Positions 21,051 through 34,000 of a stretch of DNA of 64,000 bases are shown one piece after another (the stretch's first letter is position 1; the number at the start of each line of letters is the position of its first letter). Origin of the DNA: a candidate division FCPU426 bacterium (lineage in GTDB: Bacteria > Oederibacteriota > Muellerivitia > Muellerivitales > Muellerivitaceae); assembly GCA_963796105.1 (NCBI GenBank), contig CAWCKJ010000004.1, forward strand, positions 1,216,001 through 1,280,000, written 5' to 3'. The translations under genes were made by a program, and so were the position numbers. The notes under the pieces were generated by a model. That model saw only the letters and a list, made by a program, of their open reading frames with translations, made no database searches and was not told the origin of the DNA.

Positions 21051-23783
21051 ATGAAAATTTTCAAAGCAGTGTTGCCAAGCCTCATCATCCTGGTGCTGGG
21101 GGCGAACGTCTCCGCGCTTTATGCCCAGACCATTCCCACCTCGTTTTCATGGACATCGACCGGCCCCCTCATCAGCCCCAAGAATGACTCTACCCACAAT
21201 ATGATCGCGGTCAAGGACCCATCCACCGTCTACTACAACGGCCAATACATTGTTTACGCCTCCTCTGTCAACTCCGCGGGCAACTACGGAATGGAATACC
21301 TGCACTTCACCGACTGGAGCCAGACCGGCGCCGCGACGCCTTATTTCATGGATAGCAATCCCAATATCGGGAGTGGTTATCACACCGCGCCCCAGGTGTT
21401 CTATTTCGCCCCGCAGAAAAAGTGGTACCTGATCTTCCAGAGCGGCCAGCCGCAGTACTCCACCAACAGCGACCCCACCCAGCCCCAGAACTGGACCACT
21501 CCGACCAATTTCTTCGCGTCCCAGCCTTCGAGCGTGAGCAATTGGATTGATTTCTGGATTATCAGCGATTCTTCTAATGTCTATCTCTTCTTCTGCGGCG
21601 ATAACGGCAACTTCTACCGCAGTTCGACATCCCTCGCGAACTTTCCCAATGGTTTCAATACTCCCGTTATCGTCTACTCTGATTCCGAGTTCAATCTCTT
21701 CGAGGCCGACAACGTCTATACCGTCGAGCAAACCGGCACCTACCTGGCCGACATTGAATGCATCGGCAGCGACGGGCACCGATTCTTCCGCGCCTTGACT
21801 GCCACGACCCTCGGCGGCACCTGGACCTCCCTTGGCAATACGGCCAGCCTCAATACTCCTTTTTTAGGGGCTCACAACGTCACCTTCCAATCCGGCGTCT
21901 CTAGCTGGACCAGCGACTTCAGCAGCGGCGGGGCAGTGATCGACGGCTATGACTCAACCGATTCCATCAACCTCAACAACCTGACGTTTCTCTACCAAGG
22001 CGACGTTCCCAATAGTGACTCCTACAATCTGATTCCCTGGCAACTCGCTCTGGTGACTTCCAAGGCCAATACGACGACTAACCCGACCGCTACCTTTACA
22101 TTCACCCATACCAACACGCCTGTGCCGCCGACGTTCACTCCCACCCCGATCGTCTCTTCCACCTGGCGAGTCAACGCCGGGGGGCCGGCCTATACCGGTA
22201 CCACGGGCCTTCTTTGGGCCGCGGATGAGAACTACAGCGGCGGATCCACCGCCGCGGAGGGTGGGGCCGTCACGGGCACTTCCGATTCCACCCTTTACGA
22301 TACCCAGCGCTACGGGAACAGCTTCAGCTATTCGTTCAACGTCCCAGCCGGCGCCTACCAGGTCACCCTGAAATTCGCCGAAAACTATTCGGGTGATTTC
22401 GCGAACGGGGACAGGGTTTTCAACGTCGCCATCAACGGAACAACGGTGTTAGCAAACCTGGATGTTTACGCCCAAGTGGGCTCCAACACGGCGGACGACA
22501 AGGTGATCAACAATGTCTCCCCCAGCGGGGGAGTCATTACCATCCAGTTCACTGGAACTTCCAGCGCGGATACCAGCGCCATGGTGGAAGCCATCCAGGT
22601 CATTCCACAGCCGGCCACGCCGACGTCCACCTTTACGCCCACATTGACCCGCACGGGGACGCCGACTTTTACCTCCACTCCGGCGGTAACGAATACGGCG
22701 ACCTTCACTAGGACGAATACGGCAATCCCTCCGACGGCCACGAAGACGAACAGTCCGGTTCCGCCGACCATTACCAACACCCCGGCGCCGCCGACGGTGA
22801 CAAACACCCCGGCCCCACCTACGGCTACTGGCACGAACACGCCTGTGCCGCCCACGGCAACTAGCACGAACACCCCGGTGCCGCCGACCGCCACGAGGAC
22901 TAATACTCCCGTGCCGCCGACGGCCACGCCGACCGCAGTGGTTTCGGGCGCCAGCTTTGAGGTGCAGTTGTTGAGCTCCGTGACGTCCGCCACTACCAAC
23001 AGCCCCCACCCCCAGATCCAGATTGTGAACATCGGGAGCGGGCCGTTGTCCTTGAACTCGGTGACCGTCAGGTACTGGTTCAATTGCGATTGCACCACCC
23101 AAACCATCCAGGCCTGGGTGGATTGGGCGGGTTTGGTACCCAGCGGTTCGACCGTCTCGTCCAACGTGAAGGTGTCGTCGCAGTCGACCACCCTGGGAGG
23201 CCAGACCAGTTACATCCTGTATTCCTTCTCCGGCAACATGGTCCTTCAGCCGGGGCAGGCGATCCAGGTGCAAAGCCGGTTCAACAAGAGCGACTGGAGC
23301 AACTTTACCCAGTCCGAAGACTGGAGCTACGCGGCCAACACCAGTTACGCCAATGACTCCAAGGCCACGGGATACATGAACGGCGCCCTGGTATGGGGCC
23401 AGGAGCCCTCTGGGACAGCCGCCAGCATGTCGGTATCGAACGTGGCGGTCCAGACCCCGGCTGCGGGCCAAGGGTTATCGGTGAAGGCTTACCCGAACCC
23501 TTCCGCGGGCAATGGGGTCAACTTGTCGGTTACCCTTCCCGGCAATGGCGGCGGGGCTTCGTCCAGCGTCATGGCCAAGGTTTACACCCTGGAGGGCCGG
23601 TTGGTCTGGTCCACGGCAATGCCGGCTTCTTCCTCTGGCTCATCGGGCAACCGTGCGGTTTATTGGAACGAGAAGGACCTGTCGGGGAATAACCTGGCCA
23701 ACGGTCTTTACGTTGTGGCGGTTGTGGTGAAGTCCCAGGGAAAGACCAGCACGGCTTTCTCGAAAGTGTTGATCCTTCGATAG
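21051..23783 (+). CDS. GH62 alpha-L-arabinofuranosidase-like enzyme + malectin + PT linker + CBM3 + T9SS-like CTD
   Basis: SFSWTSTGPLISP, KDPS.VYYNG, APQVFYFAPQKKWYL, IDFW, LFEADNVY, FLYQG; tail near-identical to 17804..20833. Confidence 0.87.
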   Translation: MKIFKAVLPSLIILVLGANVSALYAQTIPTSFSWTSTGPLISPKNDSTHNMIAVKDPSTVYYNGQYIVYASSVNSAGNYGMEYLHFTDWSQTGAATPYFMDSNPNIGSGYHTAPQVFYFAPQKKWYLIFQSGQPQYSTNSDPTQPQNWTTPTNFFASQPSSVSNWIDFWIISDSSNVYLFFCGDNGNFYRSSTSLANFPNGFNTPVIVYSDSEFNLFEADNVYTVEQTGTYLADIECIGSDGHRFFRALTATTLGGTWTSLGNTASLNTPFLGAHNVTFQSGVSSWTSDFSSGGAVIDGYDSTDSINLNNLTFLYQGDVPNSDSYNLIPWQLALVTSKANTTTNPTATFTFTHTNTPVPPTFTPTPIVSSTWRVNAGGPAYTGTTGLLWAADENYSGGSTAAEGGAVTGTSDSTLYDTQRYGNSFSYSFNVPAGAYQVTLKFAENYSGDFANGDRVFNVAINGTTVLANLDVYAQVGSNTADDKVINNVSPSGGVITIQFTGTSSADTSAMVEAIQVIPQPATPTSTFTPTLTRTGTPTFTSTPAVTNTATFTRTNTAIPPTATKTNSPVPPTITNTPAPPTVTNTPAPPTATGTNTPVPPTATSTNTPVPPTATRTNTPVPPTATPTAVVSGASFEVQLLSSVTSATTNSPHPQIQIVNIGSGPLSLNSVTVRYWFNCDCTTQTIQAWVDWAGLVPSGSTVSSNVKVSSQSTTLGGQTSYILYSFSGNMVLQPGQAIQVQSRFNKSDWSNFTQSEDWSYAANTSYANDSKATGYMNGALVWGQEPSGTAASMSVSNVAVQTPAAGQGLSVKAYPNPSAGNGVNLSVTLPGNGGGASSSVMAKVYTLEGRLVWSTAMPASSSGSSGNRAVYWNEKDLSGNNLANGLYVVAVVVKSQGKTSTAFSKVLILR

Positions 23784-23837
23784 ATATCCTTAGGCCAAAT
23801 TGAGGTTTTAGACGGACCCAGCCTCATCTTGTAAGAT

Positions 23838-25679
23838 ATGCCTATGCCTTCTTCTCCTAAACGCAATACAAAGACAGATTTTCCCCCATTTGCCGGGGGC
23901 GCAAGGGACTTAAGTCTTACCCTTTACGTGCGCATTCACAATCTCTTCGCCACCTACTTGAATTTGAATTGCTTCTACGTTTCCGCCGAGAATCTTTCCG
24001 AATGGTTGCCCCTCTTCTACAGCAGCAACATTCTGCACAACCCCACCCACTACGAATCTCTCTTCGGCAAGAATCAGGACCGGGCCCGGTTCAACGAGTT
24101 GAACCTTGAACGTCTGCGCAGGGAACGGAAGACCATCGTCGCGAAGCACCGGGGCTTTTGCGACATCTACACGCCGGTGGTTGTGGAGGGAGTCTTCCGC
24201 GGTTTCCTCGCCTCCGGGTCTTTCGTGCGTGATCCCTTTACTGAAAACGAGATCGGCCGGCGATGGACCGACTTGTCCGGGCGCCGCGCCAATACGCCCG
24301 ATCCGGACTTCCTGGGCTACGCGCGCATGGCGCTCGACACGGTTGTTTTGTCCAAACCCGTCCTGGACGGGTTCAAGGAAGTGCTGGAGATGCTCGCGGA
24401 CTACCTTTGCGGCCGGGCGGATTCGCGAATGGCGAAACGGTTGGAGGATCTGCGCAAGGGATGCATTTCGCACGGATTGCCCCATGCCGTCTGGATGGAC
24501 TTCATGCTGGGTTTAAACCAGTTCCACCCGAGGGTGAACTTGGACGGCGAACCCAATTGGTGGGAGAGGGAAGAACTGGGGATTACGCGCTACCCCACTA
24601 CGGTCCTGGCAGTCACCCAATCGGCACCCAACCTGGAACGGTGGTCCACATTAGGGTCCATGGTCGGCGCCACGCGGCTTCAATGGGAAGCCCTTCGGGC
24701 GGCCCGTGAGTTTCCCGAGACAGTGGCAGGCCGGTTGGAGGATTATGGCGCGCTGTTCGTTACATCCGCCTTGCCGTCAAAGGGGAAGGTTCAGGCTAAA
24801 CTGGAGATTCGTGACCGAGCGGAAGCCATCCGACAGCGCCTGGAAAAGCGGACAGGGTTGAAACTGGTGGCGGGGATCGGGTCCACCCTAGCGCCCGGCG
24901 CGAAACTCGTGGAATCCCGTCTCCAAGCCGTGATGGCCATGAACCTCGCGGCCTCAACCGGCCGATCCGCGGTCTTTTACGAGGAAGACGCCCAAAAGAT
25001 CCTGCAGGGGAAGGGCCGTGGCCTCCGCCCAGCGCTCGCCTGGTTGAGAAAGGCATACCGGAGCGGCTCATTGAAGGACCGCGAGGCGGCCCGGGCGGAG
25101 TTCGTCCGCCAGGCGCTCCTCTACTCCCATGAGCGGCACGAGAGCGTCCGGGCCCATCTCTTGGAGGCAAGCTTCATGCTGATTGATTCACTGCGCGAAA
25201 TCACCCTCGACCCGGCCCAGGCGGAGGGCCTGGCGGGCCTGGTGGAGGAACGCCTTCTCCAGGCTTCCACCCTTCAAGACATGCTATCGGCCTTCCAGGA
25301 TTGGCTTGACCGAATCGGCAAAACCGGGGACCGGCCCATAGAGGGGAAGCGCCTGGCCCGCATGGAGGAAGTGAAACAGTATGTGGACCGGCATTATGGC
25401 GGGATGATCCGGCTCAAGGACCTCGCGGGAAAGGCGGGTCTTTCCGAACCCGCTTTCCTGAGGGGATTCCGCCGGACGACGGGGCAGGGTTTCTCGAAGT
25501 ATTTGCAGGCCCTGCGGATGGATGAGGCCAAGCGTCTGCTCCGTGCCAGCCCCCTTTCGGTCGAACGCGTGGCCCAGGAGAGCGGGTTCAATTCGGCCAG
25601 TTATTTCGTCCAGGCGTTTAAACGGGCCACCGGCCTCACTCCCGGGGCCTTCCGGGACAAAGGCAACCCTGCCGCCTAA
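23838..25679 (+). CDS. Long AraC-family regulator, paralog of 5666..7495
   Basis: C-terminal AraC HTH (RMDEAKRLL...VAQESGFNSASYFVQAFK); shared W.REE.G..R.PT and DYGA...TSA.P....VQA.LEIR motifs. Confidence 0.85.
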   Translation: MPMPSSPKRNTKTDFPPFAGGARDLSLTLYVRIHNLFATYLNLNCFYVSAENLSEWLPLFYSSNILHNPTHYESLFGKNQDRARFNELNLERLRRERKTIVAKHRGFCDIYTPVVVEGVFRGFLASGSFVRDPFTENEIGRRWTDLSGRRANTPDPDFLGYARMALDTVVLSKPVLDGFKEVLEMLADYLCGRADSRMAKRLEDLRKGCISHGLPHAVWMDFMLGLNQFHPRVNLDGEPNWWEREELGITRYPTTVLAVTQSAPNLERWSTLGSMVGATRLQWEALRAAREFPETVAGRLEDYGALFVTSALPSKGKVQAKLEIRDRAEAIRQRLEKRTGLKLVAGIGSTLAPGAKLVESRLQAVMAMNLAASTGRSAVFYEEDAQKILQGKGRGLRPALAWLRKAYRSGSLKDREAARAEFVRQALLYSHERHESVRAHLLEASFMLIDSLREITLDPAQAEGLAGLVEERLLQASTLQDMLSAFQDWLDRIGKTGDRPIEGKRLARMEEVKQYVDRHYGGMIRLKDLAGKAGLSEPAFLRGFRRTTGQGFSKYLQALRMDEAKRLLRASPLSVERVAQESGFNSASYFVQAFKRATGLTPGAFRDKGNPAA

Positions 25680-25785
25680 GGTAAAAGTATAAACAGATAG
25701 TTTGTTTTTTATAAATCATCCGTCTTCCCCTTGCGGTACCTTTACGAGGATCTCCGGCTTTCCAGGCTGACACCTCAGGGGTACT

Positions 25786-28700
25786 ATGCGGTTGATTCGA
25801 GTTAAAAACGATTTTCTTTCCAGGCCTATTCCTGAAAGGGTTTTCAGGCCCCTCCTCTGCGCCGCGCTCGCCTTTTTCGCCACCAGCTCATTTGTTTACG
25901 GGCAGTCTTATACTTGGAAAAACGTCGTGACGCCCGCGGGCGGTACCATCACGGGAATCGCCTACAGCCGGGCTTTGCAGGGCCTTATCTACGCACGTAC
26001 GGACATGGGCGGGGCCTATCGTTGGGACAACACCAACAATGTCTGGGTCCCCTTGACCGATTGGCTGGGCGATTGGAACCTCTACGGCATCGAGAGCATC
26101 GCGCCCGATCCCGTCAACTCCAACGTGGTTTACGCGGCCATCGGCCAAACCTATTCAGGAACGACCGGCTACGTCATCGCGTCCTCTAACCAGGGCGCTA
26201 GTTGGACCCAATATTCCATCCCGGTTTCCATCGGCGCCAACAACGGCGGCAACGATGCGGGGGAAAGGCTGGCGGTCGACCCCAACCTTACTTCTATCCT
26301 GTATTTCGGAACGCGGTACAACGGCCTTTGGAAAAGCACCAACTCGGCCGCTAGTTGGAGCCAGGTGACTTCCTTCCCGGTGAACGGCGACTCAGGCTAC
26401 GGGCTTTCCTGGGTCCTCTTCGACACCCACGGCACTTCGGGTTCGGCCTCGGCGACGATCTACGTCGGGGTCGAAGCGACCAATTCGGGCAACAGCAACG
26501 TATATCGTTCCACGAACGGCGGAACCAGTTGGGCCGTTATTCCGGGCGGGCCAACCTCCATGATCACCATCCAGGGCTCCCTGGGGACCGACGGGAACCT
26601 TTGGATGAGCTACGACGACAGCAACAGTTACGGAACCGGTCAGATATGGAAGCTCAACTCCAGCACGCTGGCCTGGACCAACGTGACCCCTTCTAACGGT
26701 CCCGGGAGCGGCAGCGGCGGTTACAGTGGGGTCTGCGTGGACGCTGAGAACGCCAACCACGCCGTGGTCTCCACCATGGATTGGTGGGGCGGGCCCGACA
26801 AGGGATTCCAAACCACCAACGGCGGGACTTCCTGGAACGTCATTACAAACGTGCAAAACAGTTGGGATGCGGGCCCTTACGCCAACTACAACAACAATGG
26901 GGTGACTTGGACCCGTTTTTGCAGCACCTATGACGGCGGGGCCTGGTACATGAACTGCATCAGGATCGACCCTTTCAATTCCAACAACGCCGTCTACACG
27001 ACGGGGGGAGGTCTCTGGACCACGACGAATGTCGAAGCCTCATCCCAACCTGCGGGCGTCACCTGGACCTTCACGGACTACGGGATCGAGCAGACCGCGG
27101 TCCTGTTCCTCAACGCATCCTCCATGCCCGGGACCTTCTTCAGCGCCTTGGGAGACATCACCGGAATGAGGTATACCGACCTCACCAAGCCCGCCAGCAA
27201 CATGTACTGCAACCCCCATGTCGGGAATTCCAACTGCCTCGATTTCGCCGAGTTGAACGTGAACGACGTGGTGCGGGTGGGGGCCAGCGGAGCGGTGACG
27301 ACCGACGCGGCCTATTCCGCCAACAACGGACAGTCCTGGACGCCCTGGACCAACACCCCCCCGGGCTACACCACGGACAACGAGATGGGCTCCGTGGCGA
27401 TTTCCGCCGACGGTTCCCACGTGGTCGTGTCGCCCCAAAACGGGTACGGGTCACCGGCTTACGCCTCCTCCCTCGGCGGCGCCTGGACCACCTGTACCGG
27501 CCTTCCCAGCGGAGCCATGCTGGCCTCCGACCGGGCCAATGCCTCCACGATCTACGCCACCAGCGGAAGCACCCTCTACGTCAGCGCTAATTACGGGGCC
27601 AGCTTCAGCACGGTCAACAGCTTTTCAGGGAGCGGTGCCCCCCGGGCGGTTTTCGGGGTGGCCGGGGAAGTCTGGGTGGCCACGGGCAGCGGTCTTTACC
27701 GCTTTACCAACGCGGGGTCCACCCTGGCCACCATTTCCAACGTCACTTCCTCCAACTCGGTGGGGTTCGGCAAGGCCGCCGGCGGCCAGACCCATCCGGC
27801 GGTCTATCTGACGGGCACCTACAATGGGACCTACGGGTTTTACCGATGCGACGACGGGGTAGGGACAACTTGGACGCGAATCAACGACAATAACCACCAA
27901 TACGGTTATGGAGCCTGGTGCGAAGGGGACGAGGCCATCTATGGTCGGGTCTATGTCGGCACGAACGGCCGCGGGGTTGTCTATGGGGACATGCTGGCGA
28001 CCACGCCGACCATCACCCCCACAATGACCAGGACGTTCACCCCCGCCAATACGCCGACGCCAACCTCCACCGCGACCCGGACGAATACTTTTACCAGCAC
28101 CTCCACAAGTACCGCGACGGCCACTCTTACCCCGACCAGGACGAATACATTAACTTATACAGCCACGAATACGACAACCTACACATCGACCGCCACTCGA
28201 ACGAACACCGCCACCAGCACAGCCACTAATACGGCTACTTTTTCCTCTACCTCGACAAGGACTAATACGCCGACTAATACGGTAACATCCACACCCACGA
28301 ATTCTCCAACCAACACTGTCACGAATACGGCGACGGCCACACCAACTCCAACTAGGACGAATTCACCCACCTATACAGTCACGCTTACACCCACGAATAC
28401 TCCGACTAGCACCTCCACGAGCACGGCAACAGCCACACCCACCGCGACCCGGACGAACACGCCGACGGCTTCGAGTACGACGACTCCTACGTCGTCTCCT
28501 ACATTTACCTCTTCGCCAACACCTACCCCCACAACCACCCCCACGAATACGCCGACAAGAACCCTAACTCCTACCCCCACTTCCACACCCACCCCTACCC
28601 CAACCTCCACCAATAGCCCCACATCCACCCCAACCAGGACCCCCACTCCCACCCCGACGACAACCCCTACTCCCACACCAACCAATACTTTAACCCCCAC

Positions 28701-30936
28701 TCCCACCCGTACGCCTACACCCACTCCGACGACAACTCCTACTTCCACGCCCACCAATAGCCCTACCCTTACACCCACGAATAGCCCGACATCCACCCCG
28801 AGCAGGACGCCTACTCCAACCCCTAGTCCAACCCCTACCAACACCCCCACTTCCACCCCCACGCCAACACCAACAACCACCTCTACTGCTACCCCGACTC
28901 CGAGCCCTACTGCCACCCCCACCAGGACGCCTACCCCAACCCCCACGAATACGCCAACGTCTACCCCCAGCCCAACACCCACTATGACTCCCACGCCTAC
29001 TCCGACAAGCACCCCGACCAGAACGCCAACTACGACGCCCACGCCGACTAATACTTCCACCCCTACGATTACTCCCACTCCCACCCCAAGCCCAACAGGG
29101 ACTCAGTCGCCAACAAATACACCTACCATTACCCCGACCAGGACACCTACTCCAACACCCACCAATACTCCGACAGTCACACCGACGTCCACTCCGACTT
29201 CCACCCCAACGAGGACTCCGACTCCCACCGCAACCCCCACCCCCACTTTGACGCCCACGTCTACTCTCACCCCAACACCCACCCTGACACCAACTCCCAC
29301 GCCGACTTCCACCCCGACTAGGACCCCAACCCCAACGCCGACTAGCACCCCTACTCTAACCCCAACAGCGACACCTACTTCCACATCAACCTCAACACCT
29401 TCGGCTACTCCAACTAATACGCCCACCAGGACCCCCACCCCTACGCTAACCTCAACACCTACCCTGACCCCGACATCAACTCCCACCAATACCTCAACTT
29501 CCACACCTACTCCTACCAGGACTTATACGCCCACCACCACGCCTACCCCGACGTCGACTCCTACGCCTACTATTACTCCGACTCCTACGAACAGCCCGAC
29601 TGGGACCCAGTCACCCACGAATACACCTACCATTACCCCTACCAAAACCTCAACCCCTACCCCCACGAATACCCCGACTGTGACCCCTACCCCAACACCC
29701 ACCAATACGCCGACTCAAACCCCCACGCCCACGTCTACATCTACCCCAACCAGAACACCTACCCCCACCCCTACGAACACTTCCACGATGACTCCGACAG
29801 CGACTCCCACTAATACCTCAACATCAACGCCAACCTATACGTCAACTAGTACCCCGACGAGGACGCCTACCCCAACAGCTACCAATACCTCTACATCAAC
29901 CCCCACGGCGACATCGACTCCTACACCCACGATTACCCCTACCCCCACGAACAGCCCGACTGGGACGCAGTCACCCACGAACACTCCGACCATTACCCCC
30001 ACCAAAACCCCAACACCTACCCCCACGAATACCCCGACTGCGACCCCTACATTCACGCCCAGCAACACCCCGACAAACACATCCACTTCAACCCCGACGG
30101 CAACGCCCACCTACACCCCGACTGCGACGTCAACATTTACCCCCACCAGTACCCCGACGAGGACGCCAACTCCGACAGCTACCAGCACCTCTACATCAAC
30201 ACCCACCCCGACTCCCACGAATACACCCACCGTCACGCCGACCCCGACTTCTAGCCCGACAGGAACCCAATCACCCACCAATACCCCAACCAATACGCCC
30301 ACATTTACGGCTACGCCTACTTCCACGAATACACCGACTTCCACGTCTACCCCGACTAATACTTCCACCCCTACCGCTACCCCAACTGCCACTTCTACGG
30401 ATACAGCGAGTTACACCCTGACACCGACAATGACTGATACCCCAACCCCGACACCGACCTGGACCTACACTCCCATGTTCACTTCGACATTCAGCTACAC
30501 CCCGACTTCTACCTCTACACCCACTGACACTTCCACCGACACCGCTACCTTCACGCCTACGGACACTCCAACGTCGACATCGACTCCTACGCCGACAGTT
30601 GCTTGGACTAGCACCGCTACTGCTACTTCGACAGGGACCGCGACTCCGGTTGGGAAAGATGAAGTGGTGGTTTATCCCAACCCAGTGAAAGGTCCGGGCC
30701 CTGTAACGATTCAGATTACCTTGAAGCAAGAGGAACCGGTCGTTCGGGTTGAGATATTCACGACAGCTTTTAGAAAGGTGAATGAGATTGATCGCTACCA
30801 AGTACCGGCGGGAGTGACCCTTTTGCCCATCCCCCTAACGGACAAGGAGGGAATACCTTTGGCCAATGGCCTTTATTACGTTGTTGTCCAAACGTCCAAG
30901 GAACGCCTCGTCGCAAAACTCCTCGTTTTGAGGTAA
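25786..30936 (+). CDS. Second GH74 xyloglucanase-like enzyme + ~880-aa Thr-X stalk + T9SS-like CTD
   Basis: [33 protein letters not shown] nearly identical to that of 7654..13038. Confidence 0.9.
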   Translation: MRLIRVKNDFLSRPIPERVFRPLLCAALAFFATSSFVYGQSYTWKNVVTPAGGTITGIAYSRALQGLIYARTDMGGAYRWDNTNNVWVPLTDWLGDWNLYGIESIAPDPVNSNVVYAAIGQTYSGTTGYVIASSNQGASWTQYSIPVSIGANNGGNDAGERLAVDPNLTSILYFGTRYNGLWKSTNSAASWSQVTSFPVNGDSGYGLSWVLFDTHGTSGSASATIYVGVEATNSGNSNVYRSTNGGTSWAVIPGGPTSMITIQGSLGTDGNLWMSYDDSNSYGTGQIWKLNSSTLAWTNVTPSNGPGSGSGGYSGVCVDAENANHAVVSTMDWWGGPDKGFQTTNGGTSWNVITNVQNSWDAGPYANYNNNGVTWTRFCSTYDGGAWYMNCIRIDPFNSNNAVYTTGGGLWTTTNVEASSQPAGVTWTFTDYGIEQTAVLFLNASSMPGTFFSALGDITGMRYTDLTKPASNMYCNPHVGNSNCLDFAELNVNDVVRVGASGAVTTDAAYSANNGQSWTPWTNTPPGYTTDNEMGSVAISADGSHVVVSPQNGYGSPAYASSLGGAWTTCTGLPSGAMLASDRANASTIYATSGSTLYVSANYGASFSTVNSFSGSGAPRAVFGVAGEVWVATGSGLYRFTNAGSTLATISNVTSSNSVGFGKAAGGQTHPAVYLTGTYNGTYGFYRCDDGVGTTWTRINDNNHQYGYGAWCEGDEAIYGRVYVGTNGRGVVYGDMLATTPTITPTMTRTFTPANTPTPTSTATRTNTFTSTSTSTATATLTPTRTNTLTYTATNTTTYTSTATRTNTATSTATNTATFSSTSTRTNTPTNTVTSTPTNSPTNTVTNTATATPTPTRTNSPTYTVTLTPTNTPTSTSTSTATATPTATRTNTPTASSTTTPTSSPTFTSSPTPTPTTTPTNTPTRTLTPTPTSTPTPTPTSTNSPTSTPTRTPTPTPTTTPTPTPTNTLTPTPTRTPTPTPTTTPTSTPTNSPTLTPTNSPTSTPSRTPTPTPSPTPTNTPTSTPTPTPTTTSTATPTPSPTATPTRTPTPTPTNTPTSTPSPTPTMTPTPTPTSTPTRTPTTTPTPTNTSTPTITPTPTPSPTGTQSPTNTPTITPTRTPTPTPTNTPTVTPTSTPTSTPTRTPTPTATPTPTLTPTSTLTPTPTLTPTPTPTSTPTRTPTPTPTSTPTLTPTATPTSTSTSTPSATPTNTPTRTPTPTLTSTPTLTPTSTPTNTSTSTPTPTRTYTPTTTPTPTSTPTPTITPTPTNSPTGTQSPTNTPTITPTKTSTPTPTNTPTVTPTPTPTNTPTQTPTPTSTSTPTRTPTPTPTNTSTMTPTATPTNTSTSTPTYTSTSTPTRTPTPTATNTSTSTPTATSTPTPTITPTPTNSPTGTQSPTNTPTITPTKTPTPTPTNTPTATPTFTPSNTPTNTSTSTPTATPTYTPTATSTFTPTSTPTRTPTPTATSTSTSTPTPTPTNTPTVTPTPTSSPTGTQSPTNTPTNTPTFTATPTSTNTPTSTSTPTNTSTPTATPTATSTDTASYTLTPTMTDTPTPTPTWTYTPMFTSTFSYTPTSTSTPTDTSTDTATFTPTDTPTSTSTPTPTVAWTSTATATSTGTATPVGKDEVVVYPNPVKGPGPVTIQITLKQEEPVVRVEIFTTAFRKVNEIDRYQVPAGVTLLPIPLTDKEGIPLANGLYYVVVQTSKERLVAKLLVLR
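28000..30650 (+). repeat. Coding Thr-X/Thr-Pro repeat (stalk)
   Basis: Thr at alternating residues; recurring [13 protein letters not shown] landmark. Confidence 0.9.
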
Positions 30937-31071
30937 GCTAATTGAAGAAATATTTTGACAATTATTGGGGTGTCAATGAAACAACGGGGTCCCGAGAGTG
31001 GATCCGAATTTTTTTCAATTACCTTTCAAAATTTCTTTTTCACTTTTAACCGCCAAAACACTGGAGAGCCG

Positions 31072-34000
31072 ATGTTCCGCTATTTTCCTGAAACCGGTTT
31101 AAATCGTTTTCTTCATCCATGGTCAAGCCGGTTTTGCACCGTTTTATTGTTAGCGGTCCTTGGCTGGATATCCCCATCCTATATAAAAGCGCAATGCACC
31201 GTAACAAGCGCCAATCTGGACACCAGCGTCGACGACGACATCCTCATCTACCTTAACGGCAATGTGATTGTTTCCCAACCGAGCGACTGCAACTGGTGGA
31301 CGTCCGTCCATTCCTATGCCATCACCAACCTTTCCTGGTTCAATACGTCGGGGGAGAACATACTGGCGGTATACGCCACTGACCAATGCGGTAACACGGC
31401 GTGGGCCACATGGCTGCTGACCATCAACTATTCCAACTGCCCCACCCAATACATCATGAGCGACGGCTGGTGCACACGGACAGTCAATTCGGGGATCACC
31501 TACACGGGCTCAGGCCTGCCGCCCACAGGACTGCCTTCCGGATGGACGGGTACGGGATTCCCCGACAGCGCCTGGGGGGGCGTCTACACGGGGGATGTCC
31601 GCGTCATCCGTAATTGTTCCAACTGCGCCGCCATCACGAATACTGGGACGGGGTTGGTCGTGCCTCACATTTGGGGCGACAATAATTTCGCGCCTTCCTA
31701 CTCCGGCGAAGGTTACCTCTTCCGGCAGCACTTTTACACGGGTTCGGCGGCGTGCACCGTCACACCGGCTCCGAGCCCCACCTTTCCCCCGACCAACACG
31801 CTCAGCCCTACGCCGACAATTGGCTCACCCACCCCGACCTTCACCCCTTGGCCGGGCTGCAATAGCCCCGGGATCACCTCTCCCATGCTGAACCTTCAGA
31901 CGTCCTGTTATAACCAGAACAACCAATATATGGATTATGGTTTCCGGGTATACAACTGGGGCGCCACCCCCGTCACCATCGCCAACCTATGCGTCAAGGC
32001 TTGGGCCTATGAATCCCAAACCATCAACATGGCGCAGCTCAACAACTCGGCTGGAACCACCTGCACAGCGGGTGGAGCCTCCTGCGGGAACATCGGCATC
32101 ACCGGCACGGTATCCGTGGCTTCCTACGGCCCCTGCACGCAAATATCAGGTCATTACGCAAACCAGATGATCACTTACTGTTTTTCCCCGACCTCCACGG
32201 CTTACGTCATCCCGCCGAACGGGGGCTACTGGTATGTCCAATACGACATGCTGCGGTTCGGGCGCAACAACTCGCAAATGGACAACGGCAACTTTTCCGA
32301 CGACTGGTCGCATTTCGGGACCGGCAACGGTGATTGTTCCTCCAATTCCTCAAACCAGGAAAACCCATTTTTCGCGCTTTATTACAATGGAACCCTGGTA
32401 CGGGAACAGTTGGATACTTCGGGGACCAACTTTGACACCGCCACCGGGATGGAGCCGTGCATGGTCCTTCTGACTTGCACCCCGACCCCAGGAATAACCA
32501 ATACCCCTACACGGACGCCCACCTTCACGCCCACCAATACCATGACCCGGACCCCGACCAATACCCCGACGAACACCCCCACCATTACGCCTTCCCCTAC
32601 CCCCACACCGACCCGGACACCTACACCCTCGTCGACCCCGACATTCAGCCCGACGCCTACCCCGACTCCCACCAGGACCCCGACTCTCACACCCTCACCC
32701 ACGCCTTCCCCGACTCCAACCCCCACGACGACACCCACGCCTACCCCGACCAGGACGCCCACACCCACCCCCACGAATACCCCGACACCGACACCAACCA
32801 CTACCCCAACACCCACCCCGACCCGGACACCTACGCCGACACCCACTCCGACACCCTCGCCTACGCCTACCCCGACCTTGACTCCCACGCCCACGCCTTC
32901 GCCCACTCCGACCAGGACCCCGACGCCTACGCCCTCACCCACCCCTACGCCCACCCCGACCCCGACAAGGACGCCGACTCCCACGCCGACAACCACCCCC
33001 ACCCCCACTCCGACCAATACACTTACTCCGACACCTACCAATACGCCGACTCCAACCCCGACCAGAACCCCAACGAATACTCCTACTCCGACTCCCACAA
33101 ATACACCCACGAACACGCCCACCCCCACACCAACGACGACCCCGACTCCGACGCCGACTAATACTCCCACAAGGACTCCGACTCCCACGCCAACCCCTAC
33201 CCCCACCCCGACTCCCACACCTACCATTACCCCGACCCCAACGAACACGCCTACAGGGACCCAATCACCCACGAACACGCCCACCATCACCCCGACCAAG
33301 ACGCCAACACCGACTCCTACCAATACGCCCACCATTACACCCACGCCCACGCCCACCATTACACCCACGCCCACGCCAACCAATACCCCCACGAGGACGC
33401 CAACACCTACCCCGACTCCGACCCCGACAACCACCCCAACCCCCACACCCACCAATACCCTGACACCCACCCCGACCAACACCCCCACGCCCACCCCCAC
33501 CACGACGCCGACACCCACTCCAACAAGGACACCCACTCCCACGCCTACCAATACGCCTACTCCCACTCCAACCACCACCGCTACCCCGACACCTACGAAC
33601 ACCCCGACCCCCACACCCACGAGGACGCCGACTCCCACGCCGACAACCACCCCAACCCCCACACCCACCAATACCCCGACACCCACTCCCACGAACACGC
33701 CCAGCCCTACCCCGACCACGACACCCACCCCAACGCCGACCAACACCCCCACAAGAACACCCACCCACACTCCGACGCCCACACCCACGATCACCCCGAC
33801 TCCTACCAACACTCCGACTCCCACCATCACGCCCACGCCGACGAACACGCCCACGGGAACTCAGCCGCCCACGAACACTCCCACCATTACTCCCACCAAG
33901 ACCCCGACGCCTACTCCCACCCCGACCCCGACTGTGACACCCACTCCCACACCCACGAATACGCCCACGTCCACCCCGACCAACACCCCGACTCCCACAC

